A stretch of 64,000 bases of DNA. Source: Mytilus edulis. Lineage: Eukaryota. Under the pieces are notes generated by a model. It saw only the letters and a program-made list of their open reading frames with translations. It ran no database searches and was not told the origin of the DNA. Below are positions 37,953-50,177 of this stretch, in pieces. Position 1 is the stretch's first letter, and each line of letters opens with the position of its first letter. Where the stretch lies: assembly GCF_963676685.1 (NCBI RefSeq), contig NC_092356.1, forward strand, positions 248,001-312,000, read 5' to 3'. Both the position numbers and the translations under genes were made by a program.

Positions 37953-38725
37953 GTACTGGTATCTGTACAGTCCAAAGGAGCACCGTGTAAATTGATGTAC
38001 AGTAACGCCAATGTTGTATCAAATATAGTACTCGGGAGTGTTGTGATCTGATTGTTAGCCAAAGACAGATACACGAGGGCTGTGTTACTGCTAAACCACG
38101 CTGCATCAACAGATGTCAAGCCTAGATTCTCCAAGTAAATGAATTTAATATTCGTTAGTGGATCAAAGAATGTCGAGGGAAATGTTCCTGGTGTTAGTAC
38201 TACGTTCTTAATGCTCAATTCTCCTCTTGGACTTGCTGTTGTTGATATTGGTGTGATGTCCAGGCTTGTGAAGGTGCCAGCATCAATGGTTGATAGTGTT
38301 CCGCCACTGATCGATACCTTGTTTGCCGTTCCCAGACTATTAAACATACTGGCAATCAAAGAAGTAGTACAATCTTTGATAAAAACCTCCTCAAAATACC
38401 CGAGATCACCGAACGTCCCTGTAGAAAACGTAAGTGATCCTGTACATAGGAACTGAAGAGTTGCCGGGTAATCAGAGTTAACACCACTAAATGCGCTGAA
38501 ACCGCTAAATGTTCCCGCGGAAACTGTACCACTGGCGCTGTAGATGGTTAGCCTCTGTGGCTCAGAATCCGTGAATCCAGCGAAACTGATAGATCCACCG
38601 ATACTTGTCATGTCGCACGTGTAATGAATGATAGAGCTATCAGAACTATCCCCTGTACATCCGGTAGGTGTTGCTGCATCACCATTGTAGATACAAAACA
38701 TCAGAATGGTTAAAAAAAGTGCCAT
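37870..38725 (-). CDS. LRR gene E exon 1; full CDS join 37870..38725, 36748..36813, 35199..35419 (380 aa)
   Basis: ORF 37835..38725; LRR LVYLSLANNQITTLPSTIF; donor CAAT|GTAAGT, phase 1. Confidence 0.92.
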
Positions 38726-40031
38726 ATTCCTGATTGTCTCTCTAATTTTCTTATTTTCTGTCCGCCATTTTTTTTCTCAAAATAACAACGATCTTAATTC
38801 CTAATCTTTGATCCTATAAAACTGGTTAATATTATATAGACATATAACGGTTGTACTTTAATGTAGCATTTTACAATTAACAAAAATATATTTAATCTGG
38901 ATTATTAAGAATATTTATTCTTTAATCGTGACAAAATAGTATTTGCTCTAATAAAGAATAAACCCTGGTATGCACTAAAGTATTGTTTTATTGTAAGCTG
39001 TTCAACATCTACGTAGTGGCAAATATTACATGCTTATTGAAACGGTACGATCTAAATACTTTGAAAGATCCATTGAAATCAAAAAGTAAACAAACAAAAA
39101 TAATGATACTTCACCTCTAAATATAACGAGTATTGCATCGTTAAAAAGAGAAGAAATGAATTTTGTAGAAACAAATGAAGAACAATGTTTGGGCCAAATA
39201 GTAAGCCGAAAAAAGTTTACAAAACACCTAAAGATCGAACAAGAATTGGGGACTACTTATATAAGACAATACCTCAGCTTGTTGACCTTGCACATGACAG
39301 TATCCTAGCAACACATTACTCTGGCAATGGTAGTTCAAAGCTGGCTCTGCTCAAGAATATTCCGTAAGAGTAAATGCATCTGTAAATGACAGAAGCCTAA
39401 AAACATGATTGTAACCCAGCAAGGAATCTTGTTATTACAATGTGATATAAAATATGAAGACCCAAATAAACATTGTCTACAAGCTCTGATCATTGTTTCC
39501 GGATCAAAAGAATAATTTTACGATGCCATGTTTTTTGCCTGTGATTGTTTAAGACGTTTTTTTTCTAAATTAATAGCTTTCAGTAAATGCAACGAATATC
39601 AAATGGTCATAATCTAACATGGGTAGGATGGCGTATTTTGCCTGCGTGGCATCATCAGTGTGATTTATTCTTTCTTAATAAATCTGTTACATTTGAATTC
39701 GTTATAACGAGGGTAAATATATTTTTGCAGAACTTATATTCAGCATTCCTCTAAATTAATAAAACGAGATATATAGTACATATAATTTACACAACATTAA
39801 AACGACACATAAACCTAAAGACATCTATATATGTATATATCTACAGAACATCGTGGCATTCAGTGTCATTTTTTTTTTCATTTTATAAATCAAAAAATAT
39901 AGAAGGAAAGTGTTCATTGTAATAATTTATCTCTACCAAATGTTAATTTACATTTTCTAGTTCAAAGTTCACGAATCTCGTCAGTGTATGTGTATGTAAC
40001 AATCTTGGTGTTTGGTCCTTTAAAGAAACAA

Positions 40032-41391
40032 CTAGAACACACCCGCGAAATCGCGGGCATATACAGCTTGTAAACTGTTGTAGGATGAATCTTTGTAAAA
40101 GATATTATGTCTGGAGAATTTCATAAAAGGTACCAAAAGCCCTCTCGCTTTTTTCCAAACTCCGTTATTTGTTTCCTTTCTGTTATATACAATTCTTTCG
40201 TGTTTCTGGCCTCAGACCACAATTATTCTTTTCCATTGCTACAATGCATTTTTTGGTAAAAGTCAAATTAAATTTAAAATGCACCGCTTCAAATAAATGA
40301 AACTGCTTATAAACCATTATTATTCTTATAAAATATGCTTCTAGGACAATCCATCAGAGCTTTTCCTTTTGAGAACCCTATTAACATGCCAATGGTAGGA
40401 TTTGAATCTCGTACAAATGACTAAGGCTCATTTGAGGGTGGTCGGAGGGGTCCTGATCAAGAAATCCCGGGCTTAAAATTATGAAATCCCGAGGTGTGTT
40501 TTTTAATGAAATTCATATCCCGATATCCCGAAATTCATAAAAAATATTCCCGCATCCCGTTGAAGGACCAATCCCGAAATCCCGAGCTTAAAAACACCCG
40601 ATCCTGACGTCCCGAATAAATCCTCCCTCCCTCTAATTTCATTTTGGCCAAATCACTACTTTCACTTTCAACAATACATTTTGTGTAACCATTTATGGGC
40701 ATTATGTGTTCTAGTCTGTGAGTCCGTTCGTTCGTTCGTCCGTCCTCGTCGGTCCCGCTTCATGTTAAAGTTTTTGTTGAAGTTTTTGATGAAGTTGAAG
40801 TCGAACCAACTCGAAACTTAGAAAATATGTTCCCTATGATATGATCTTACTAATTTTATTGCCAAATTAGAGATTTTACCCCATTTCACGGTCCACTAAA
40901 CATTATAGAAAATGATAGTGCCGATGTGGCATCCGTATACTATGGACACATTCTTGTTTCCACATGTTTTATTTATTTCAATATATATGCATCTGTTATG
41001 ACCCCTTTGATAGTAAATATTTCAGAAAACAGTAGACAGAATACAGAGAGTCTATATATTCTTGCGATCTAAAAACCATGATATGGACAACGCTCTGATT
41101 GGCTTATTTATTTTTCATTTTTGTAATCTATCATACGATTGGTTGTTCTTGTCCATCTTTAAAACCGGAAGTCTTATTTATGACTAAAAGTCAGTCTGAT
41201 GACGGAAACAATATCCGGACACCTATTTTGTCGTTTTTCTTCCAAAATAACTCAATCTGAATAATCATAAGAATGGATGACAAATGCGACTATGCATATT
41301 ACATAAGGAACACAGAGACATGGTGATTAATTTATTGTGGAAGGAAGAGAAGCGACACACAAAATGAGGTCTTCTCGTTTAATAGTATAGA
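40032..41391 (-). mobile_element. Non-autonomous Helitron with nested insertions
   Basis: Minus strand starts A|TCTATACTA and ends with hairpin cccgcgatttcgcggg then CTAG|T. Confidence 0.8.
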
Positions 41392-41787
41392 TTTGTACTA
41401 CTGGTGGCCTGTTGACAAGGCTACTATTCTGGTTCCCTTTTCGAGAGGCAGTTTAAATGCCCCTCCTTTCATTCGACCCACTTTGTAGAACCCACCTTTA
41501 TGTAATTTCTCAGGATTAATTTTTTCTCGTCTTGAATATATGCCTGAACTTCTAGACTATAATTCAATAAATGGATCAACCGATTTGTAGAAATGTGTGT
41601 GTGTGATCATAAGTAGGCAGAGCATATTTAAAGACAATTTTCAAATATTTATTAACATTTAACTGTCGCAATCAATTGTGTACATTCAACGAGAATAATA
41701 TAGTGTTTTTATAATGTCTCTGCTACCATCCCTTACGTATGGGCGGAGCTTAGGTCTCTGATACCATCCCTTACGCATAGGTCTCTG

Positions 41788-42044
41788 CTACCATCCCTTT
41801 CGCATGGGCGGAGCTGTCGATGCAGGGGGTCTCTGACCACCCCCACCTCCATGTAGAAGAGCTTGTTGAACTTTCATCCATGCAATATTCCTCTTTTTCA
41901 TCAGTCTTTCTCTGTCAGTAATCAGATCTCGTCTAACATGGCATACGATTGCTAAAGCTAAAGCTCCAATAATTAAGGTAAACAACAATACTGCATACGC
42001 TATTATATTGTATAATATAAAACATTCCACTCCCCAACGGAAAC
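41788..42044 (-). CDS. LRR gene F exon 3: transmembrane helix and basic cytoplasmic tail
   Basis: ttgcAG|GT; GFRWGVEC..IIAYAVLLFTLIIGALALAIVCHVRR; tail homologous to gene D. Confidence 0.9.
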
Positions 42045-42489
42045 CTGCAATACACAATTTAGATCCACTGACATTAAATACATTTTGTCGGGGGGGGGGG
42101 GGGGGGGGGAATATGACATGAATATAATTATTTAACTAAAAATGTTTTTTTTCTACTGTATATACAAGTTGATTTTTAGTTTGTGTTTGAATGAAATACA
42201 TGCATCTCTCCTTTATCTTTTTTTATTGTGTGTTGAGTATCTCATTGAGGTTATACTTTGCACTTCTTACATGTTTTATAATATGATTTAGACGAAACAA
42301 TGTTTGGCTATACTACTAGTTTGGCGGGGTTTATATATGTTAAAAAAATCAATGACCACTTACTTAAAAAGAAAGAACAATTTGAAAGTTATATTTCTAC
42401 ACATTAATCCAAATACCTGAAGTTCAAAATTCAGCATGTTGCTTTTAAAGAAAAAGGAAAGGAAGTCAGCTTTTTCTTAATAACTAAGT

Positions 42490-43266
42490 CTTCCTAAGTT
42501 TTGCCCTTCGTATTACTATGATCGGGGATTATAATATATTGACCTCTGCCGTTCTAGAGCAGTGGCTCGAAGTTTATCTTTTCGCCTTCTGTAATTCTAA
42601 GATCGGGGATTTTAAGAGTTTACTTACCTTAAGTTTGCTCCCCGAATATGATGCACAGGGGTTCAACGTTTTAACAATGCCCTACGTGTTCAAAGATTCG
42701 GGGATTTCAACTTTCACTTGTGTCCTCTGTGGAGCAAAGATAGGGGTTCAAACTTTTACGTGATACAAGAGTCGGTAATTTTGATGTTTACTTTTGCCCT
42801 CCGTGATACAAGTGCCAAAAAATGTATATGGGATTTAAATCTTTACATTTTCCTGCCCTCTGTGATACAGGGATCAGGGATGAGGACTTTTACCTTTGCC
42901 CTCCGTAATGAGGGATCAGGGAATAAGACTTTTACCTTTGCCCTCTGTGATAAGGGATCAGGGATTAAGACTTTTACATTTGCCCTCGGTGATAAGGGAT
43001 CAGAGATAAAGAAGTCTACCTTTGCCCACCGTGGAAAGGGATCAGGGATTAAGACTTTTACCTTTGCCCTCTGTGATACAGGGATTAGGACTTTTATCTT
43101 TGCCCTCCGTGATACAGGGGTTATGGATCAGGGATTAAGACTTTTACCTTTGCCCTCCGTGATACAGGGATCAGGGATTAAGATTTTTACCTATGCACTC
43201 CGTTATATAGGGATAAGGGATTAAGATTTTTACCTTTGCCCTCTGTGATACAAGGATCAGGGATTT
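42490..43266 (-). repeat. 42-43-bp tandem repeat in gene F intron 2; unit = exon 2 end plus donor, decaying leftwards
   Basis: tacctttgccctc(c/t)gtgata..ggatcagggattaagacttt repeated; matches 43224-43266. Confidence 0.9.
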
Positions 43267-43302
43267 CACATTCTTTGATGTAGTATTCTTTTCCTGTCCT
43301 TT
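43234..43302 (-). CDS. LRR gene F exon 2 (69 bp; KRTGKEYYIKECEIPDPCITEGKG)
   Basis: ttctattgacAG acceptor, AAG|GTAAAA donor, two conserved cysteines. Confidence 0.87.
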
Positions 43303-44331
43303 CTGTCAATAGAAAACAATAAACATTAACATATATAGTGTTACATATTTTGTCTTAGATGCATGACTTTTTTGTTAGTTGTTAGTGGCTTTGAACTAGC
43401 TGTCAGTAACTGCGAGTACTCTCAGTTCTGTACTTAGTGTCTTTTTGTTGTTGGGATGTACAAGTACCCGGCCACGTCCACTTGTATTAGTAGTATTTTT
43501 ATTTTTGTCCATCTGATGAGTTTTTAACTGATTTTTATAGTTCGTTCTTATGTTGTACTGTTACACGACTGTCCCAGGTTAAGGGAGGTTTGGATCCCGC
43601 TAACATGTTTAACCCCGCCACATTATGTATGTATGTGCCTAACCCTAGTCAGGAGCCTGTAATTCAGTGGTTGTCCTTTGTGTATGTGTTACATATTTGT
43701 TGTTCGTTCATTTTTTGTACATGAATTATGCCTTTATTTTCTATTTTGAATTATTTTACATTGTCATGTCGGGGTCTTTTATAGCTGACTATGCGGTATG
43801 TGTTTTTTTTCCTCATTGTCGAAGGCCATACGGTGACCTATTTATACTTGTGTCATTTGATCTCTTGTGGTGAACTGTCTTATTGGCAATCATACCACAT
43901 CTTCTTATTTATATATAATTACGTTGACTATTACAAATTATTCAATTCAAATTAATTTACATATTATTCAATACAAAATAATTTACATATTATTCAATTC
44001 AAATTAATTTACATAATACAGTTAAGTTGTTGGTTTTTTTTTTTTAATTTATCAAATAAAGAGAGAAATCTTGAGATAAGTTGAATTATAAAGAATAGAG
44101 GTCAATTAGGTGTTTTAGTATCCAATACAACTTTGTTGAATAAAAATGTTTATCATCACCCCCACCCCCCCCCCCCCCCCCCTCCCCCCTAAAAAAACCA
44201 AACAAACAAACTAAGGTCGTACGGTGACCTATAGTTGTTAATTTCTGTGTCATTTTGGTCTCTTGTGGAGAGTTGTCTCATTGGCAATCATACCACATCT
44301 TTTTTTTTTTTTTATAAACAAATATATTTAC

Positions 44332-45211
44332 TTTCATACAGCGCTGGTGTGGTACATGTATAGCCGGTCTCTATATCGTATCCGCTCGCATTCGCCGTAT
44401 TGACGATCCAGATATTTTCACACGAACAATTCCATTCAGTTCCCATCAAGTTCACACTCGATAGTAGGTCAATGCCATCAAAGATCGTGGAGGAAATCTC
44501 GGTAAATGCATTGTACTGTAGTGAAATCTTCTCTAGTAAAGTATTCTGAGAAAAATCATCTGCTCTTACGACGGTTAGTCCGAGGTTGTCAAGTACTACA
44601 CTGACTAAATTAGTCTGTGAGTACAATAGTCCTTGTGGTAAAGTTGTACTAGGTAATGTAACACCAATCATAGCTAGTTCACCTTTCGGATCTGGAACGG
44701 TGGTTAGCTTCTGTATATCGAGTCCGGTAAAGGCGTCATTAGCCAGAGTGGTCAATGAGCCACCGTACACCAAGAAGTAATTGAGTGAACCTATGGCTGA
44801 GAAAGCCGATGACGTAAACCCACTGCTGATAACACAGTTGATAATTGATAGTTCCTGGAGGTACGACATCCCGGTAAATGTTCCCGAGAATAAAAGTAGG
44901 GTGCCACCTGTAGAGCAGCGTATTTCTAGAGACGCGGGATAATCGGGATCAAGTGTTCCCATTCCAGAAAAACCGGAAAAAGTCGATGTTGGGTTACTAG
45001 CAGGTAGTTGTCCATGTACATTATAAATCTTCATCCTTTGTGGGATCGGACTAGAGAAGGATGAATACGACAAAGGAAGAGAGACCGATGGATAATCACA
45101 TTCGTATACCCCTCGGGCTGAACCATCGGTATCAACGTAAGTACATCCAGATTGTGCTGCGCCATTAACCATCACAGCGCCACACATCAATATTACTAAT
45201 AACATCAACAT
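44332..45211 (-). CDS. LRR gene F exon 1; full CDS join 44332..45211, 43234..43302, 41788..42044 (401 aa)
   Basis: ORF 44312..45211; WNCSCENIW; donor GAAA|GTAAAT, phase 1. Confidence 0.92.
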
Positions 45212-47646
45212 TTTAAATTGTTGTGATATCGTTACGGAATAATTTTACATTCGCACCTTCATTTTCTAAAATAGGCTGATATCGGATCTATACTGTAAAT
45301 ATTGAACAACTTCTATTAAAACATGTTAATCCTTTATTATCGCCTTAATCCTTTAATCCATAAGTGTAAGTTAGTTTTTCAATTATGGAAACAAGTAATT
45401 TAAGTCTAATATTTATTATGTTTGGGACATTATATTAATGAAGATTACCTGACATTTTATAGAGATGTGTGCATCAAGCCTCCGGGTTGCACATCATTCT
45501 TCGATATTTTTCCCGTAAAAATCCATAAATATGAATCATGATAATCAGTTTTTCCGAGAACACAGTTATCAGCCTGTAATGATTGGTACAAATGTATATA
45601 GTTCCTTAAATGGAGGCAATTGGCACAATGGTAGTATTCAAATGAAGATGTGCTTCAGACTATCGTTTTAAAAAATGAAATGTTTAGATTTAGTTAGGCA
45701 ACATTGAATCAATGATGGTCATTGACTTTGAAAAGTTATCGGAAATAATTATACCTGTGTTCTGTTTGATGATTACACAGCTTGGAGCTTTGTGAAGAGT
45801 ATAATATACACACATATGGAACATCAGAGTTTTTTGAAGGTTTATAGACGGGGGACGAAAGGTGACGAGGTTAGCTAACTTGACGCTTCGTGTCAGACCA
45901 GCTAAAATTTCACCATGAACATTGAATTTAATGAAACTAATATATATAACATTTCACTGATAAATAATTCAGACGATTCTCCTTGCTCGTATTAGTATGT
46001 AACCACTCACCCCATTTAGTTGTTCATGGGTCTACTAGTGACTACGCTTTGCGTTCCAAAATAGTTTTTTTTGTGATATCACCTCTTTCGTTTAAGAAAT
46101 TCATCAAGACAAATTTAACAACTGCTTTTAGAACATGGAAGTATTTCGTTACCACAAATTACTTATAACCTTTAATAGATTTTTTCATAGAAAAACATTG
46201 GGGTTTGAAAGTTTTCATTACTATAAGAAATCGTTTCGCAATATAAATGTGTAAAGTGATGTTGTTTATAAAGTCAGTAAATTTAGACTACGATCAGTGT
46301 AAACTTGTCAACCCTTTAAATAAGCTTATTTTAATACATTATCCCTTAACTACTGTGATCAGATCGTTAGATATTGTGTCTATTGGTAAACATATTGATT
46401 TCGTAATAAATAAATTAAAACAGTCATGATTACTAAATAGCATTGCTTTACAGTTATTACCATTAATTACACGTATCGCTACTTATATCTTGCCATCGCA
46501 CAAAATCATGTTTTCTCTGACTGTTTATGACTTTTTTTCACTAAGTTCATTGAATGTATTCAAATTGATATTTTAGTCTTGGATACATATAAAAAAGAAG
46601 ATGTGGTATGATTCCCAATGAGACAACTGTCCACAAGAGACCAAAATGACAAATACATAAACAACTATAGGTCACCATACAGCCTTCAACAATGAGCAAA
46701 GCTCATACCGCATATTCAGCTATAAAAAGCCCCGATATGACAATGTAAAACAATTCAAACGAGAAAACTAACGGCCTTATTTATATAAAAAAAAATGAAC
46801 GAAAAAAAAAATATGTAACACATAAACAAACGACAAACACTGAATTACATGTATTTTTTAGTTGTAATTTGCGTTGAAGATGTAACTGTGAGATTTCTCA
46901 AATCGGTAATTTGTGTTTAAATATTTTTGTGAGAGATGCTTTTTTTTTGTGTTCTGTGTAAAACTGATGAGTGAAACTTTTGTCAACTGATTTTTAAATG
47001 GGTGTCAAAAGAAAACACAATTGATTCCAATGAGAAAGCCGATTTTTTGTTGAAAAGTTAACTGTTTAATGAACATACCACTACATCATGTTAAAACATA
47101 ATTCTGTATCTGTTATTATAATTCTGAATGAAACTTTCAAAATCCGGGTTTGGTTAACAGAACAGAGAATAATGGGCTCCAAAATTTGTTGATGTCCCCC
47201 CACCCCCCTCCCCCGCTGTCATTACCCTGTTTATACTTGTTTTTATTGCTTGAGAAACTCGGGAGTAACCGGTGAAAACCACCGACCTACGACAGGAAAA
47301 ATGTCAATCCTAGTCTATACGGAATAATGTGTAAAAAAAAAAAAAACGAGTAGAGAGAAAAAGGGAGCTAGAATACTACAGCATCGAGACACTCAACGGT
47401 TACAATTGACTGCTAGTACTGTATAAAATGCGTTTCTCGTTTATTTTATTTTCAATATAAATAAGAAGATGTGGTATTTATGCCTATGAGACAACTCTCT
47501 GTCCAAATCACATTGTATAAAAATCAAGCTATAAATGGCGGTTTGCTTTATTTTTCGTGGTCTCTTTAAATCTTGTGATTTTATCTATCGTTTCACTCGA
47601 TACGTTAATGTCTCCACTTGAAATATATCCGTGTACATGTGCATAA

Positions 47647-48107
47647 TCATTGTCCGTTTGCCATTGAAAATTCTAAATCCGTTTTTGATTTGTTACTCCT
47701 TTCATTTGTCGTGTAACTATTTCCCAAAGGAGCAATTTTGTCTGCTTTAATTTCTTTATTCAAATCATCTTTTTCCAGATCAGAATTGTTTGGAAGATCA
47801 AAATGCTTTATCTCGTTCGGGAATGAAAATCTCTTCCTCATCGCTTTCTTAATTGGAGGCAATTTAAATCCGTTTACTCCTGTCGAAGCTGGTGGAATCA
47901 TATTGACCACACCTTTGTAAAGGGAGTCTTGTACTTTAATCCAAGCGTTCTTTTTCTTCTGCTCTAGTCGGAATTTTGGCATAGCAATATGAAGTCGGGT
48001 GTTAAGGTACAGATAAATGGCCGTCAATGTCACGAGTAAACTACCACACGTAACAACATATCCAAACACTTGGAAAATCGTATGACATCGTGGGTCTGCA
48101 TTTATAC
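47647..48107 (-). CDS. LRR gene G exon 3: transmembrane helix and extended (~115 aa) cytoplasmic tail
   Basis: ttttttcAG|GT inside ORF 47647..48336; GINADPRC..VFGYVVTCGSLLVTLTAIYLYL; KKKNAWIKVQDSL matches tails of D and F. Confidence 0.88.
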
Positions 48108-48134
48108 CTGAAAAAATAGATATTGAAAATTGTA

Positions 48135-48560
48135 CATCAAAGATACCAGAGGGACATTGAAACTCATAGATCGAAGATAAAATGCCAAAAATACATGCAA
48201 ACAAACAAACCGTTGTACACAAGAAACGACATAGAAAACTAAATACTAAGCAACACGAAACCCACCAACAGCTGGGGTTATTCCAGGTGCTTCCGGAAGG
48301 GTAAGCAGATTCTGATCCACTTTTAGCATCCGTCATGTTGCTGATGTTATTACAAACCCGGTATATTGTGTATTTTGGTAGGTCACATGTGTGTAAAGGG
48401 AACGGGAGCGTCTGGCGTATATACTAAATTTAGTCCTGGTATCTATGATGAGTTTATTTATAGTTACGACATTTATAAGAAGCATATGCGATATCATCTG
48501 AGAAAAGTATATTCCATAACGGTAAACCGTCCGTAAAATTTACGAAGGGATGATTTCAAG
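48135..48560 (-). mobile_element. Diverged inverted copy of the Penelope-like 3' end in gene G intron 2
   Basis: ccaggtgcttccggaagggtaagcagatt is the reverse-complement counterpart of ~15882-15910. Confidence 0.7.
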
Positions 48561-49396
48561 CAAAATTGGGAGACACATACTCCGTTTGCTGGCGCTGCTT
48601 ACATGTTGGACAGTCGTTATCCATTCGTTTGATGGGTTTGAGTTTTTGATTAGGGACTTTCCGTTTTGAATTTTCCTGGAAGGTTCAGTAGTTTTGTGAT
48701 TAATTATTTAGTGATAGCACATCATATGTATAGCGGAAAGCAAAGTTAAAGGATATTGCTCATTTCTTTTTTTCTTCCTATGGAACAAGACGACAAGAAG
48801 AGGGTCATATTTGGTTCCTATGGGAATGTCGATATTTTGTTAAAAAAGCACTTCCTCCAAACGAATATGTTAATCTAGAAATCAAGTATCTTGATAATAT
48901 CAGTGTCGGAGAACTTTTTTTTGAATTAGATCGATTTTTTATAAAGAAGGATTTATCGACAAGATACATTAGTTGTATCTAAATTGGCCTTTTTATCAAA
49001 CAATGCAATACCAACTCTTTGTGTTTAAGCTTGGAATGGGGAATACATGTGTACAGTGTGGAATGGGGAATACATGTGTACAGTGTGGAATGGGGAATAC
49101 ATGTGTACAGCAAGTCAAATGTTTTAACACGCGTGTTCTATAAAGTTTGGCACAACAAACTACATATTAAAAAGTAACATCTTGTAAACACTATGATATG
49201 TTGGGTTTAATGCTCTTGTGATATCAAGATTCCAGATCGGGGTGGCCACTGATATTTATTTGTGAACACTGAATTCGGTAACTATTAGTAACATGCATTC
49301 TCAACATTTCATTGAAGAACAAACGTTCTAACAATATCTACTAAAATTATTTAGTGTTTGAATGAAAAACATTCCATATATTTAGATTATACTGAC

Positions 49397-49459
49397 CTGG
49401 GATGTTCCCACAAGGATCATACGGACAGTTTTCATCTTGGAATATTGTCGCTCTTTGTA
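49397..49459 (-). CDS. LRR gene G exon 2 (63 bp; LQRATIFQDENCPYDPCGNIPG)
   Basis: cattacAG acceptor, CAG|GTCAGT donor, phase 1-1. Confidence 0.88.
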
Positions 49460-50177
49460 CTGTAATGATATAAATAATTTATTTCAATTTTTACTGTCAT
49501 TAAACATGTACAATGTTTGAGGCAATTCAACACTTAGCCTTGGCTTTCTTGTATATCAATTTAAAAAAAAAAACTAATCTTAAACTTGGTACATGTGGGG
49601 TGAATATCAATATTAAAACTGTAAAAATTGTTCGATAAAACTTCGTTTTCTTCTTGTACAGGTGCCGAAACACTATCCAACAAAGAGAAAGGAAAAAACT
49701 TTGAGGTTCATAGTTCGCCGGAAGAAGTGAAAAACTGTAGTATTTCCAAACAACCAAAGCAGGTATTTAGACCAGATACATGTTAATATTAAACAACAAA
49801 AAATCATTACAAATAGTATCAACAGGTCAAATTAACATAAAAGTACGATTTGAGAGTACTCGCAGTTACTGACAGCTAGTTAAAAGGAAAAAAAAAACAC
49901 AATTAATAATATAAAAAAAAAACATGCGTCAGAGACTAAAATCAACTAAAACACATATCAAGGATCTAGTATTTTAACATCATGGACAGTCAAAGAAGAC
50001 ATGACTTGTGCAATGCCAAGAAATAAATGTATCGCCAGGCAGTAGGATAGTCTGGAATTTACCTCTTTATAGAAAGAAAATGAACGTGTGTGTGTCTTAA
50101 AACATCCCGTTTGAAAAGAATACAAAAGTTTTTACAATTATATATAAAGATGACCCGCTAGTGGAGTATGTACTTAC

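Noticed and set aside
42718-43224. 168-aa plus-strand ORF
   Set aside because: Antisense translation of the 42-bp donor array.
48108-48336. N-terminal part of the 229-aa ORF 47647..48336
   Set aside because: Intronic retroelement-derived sequence upstream of the acceptor at 48107.
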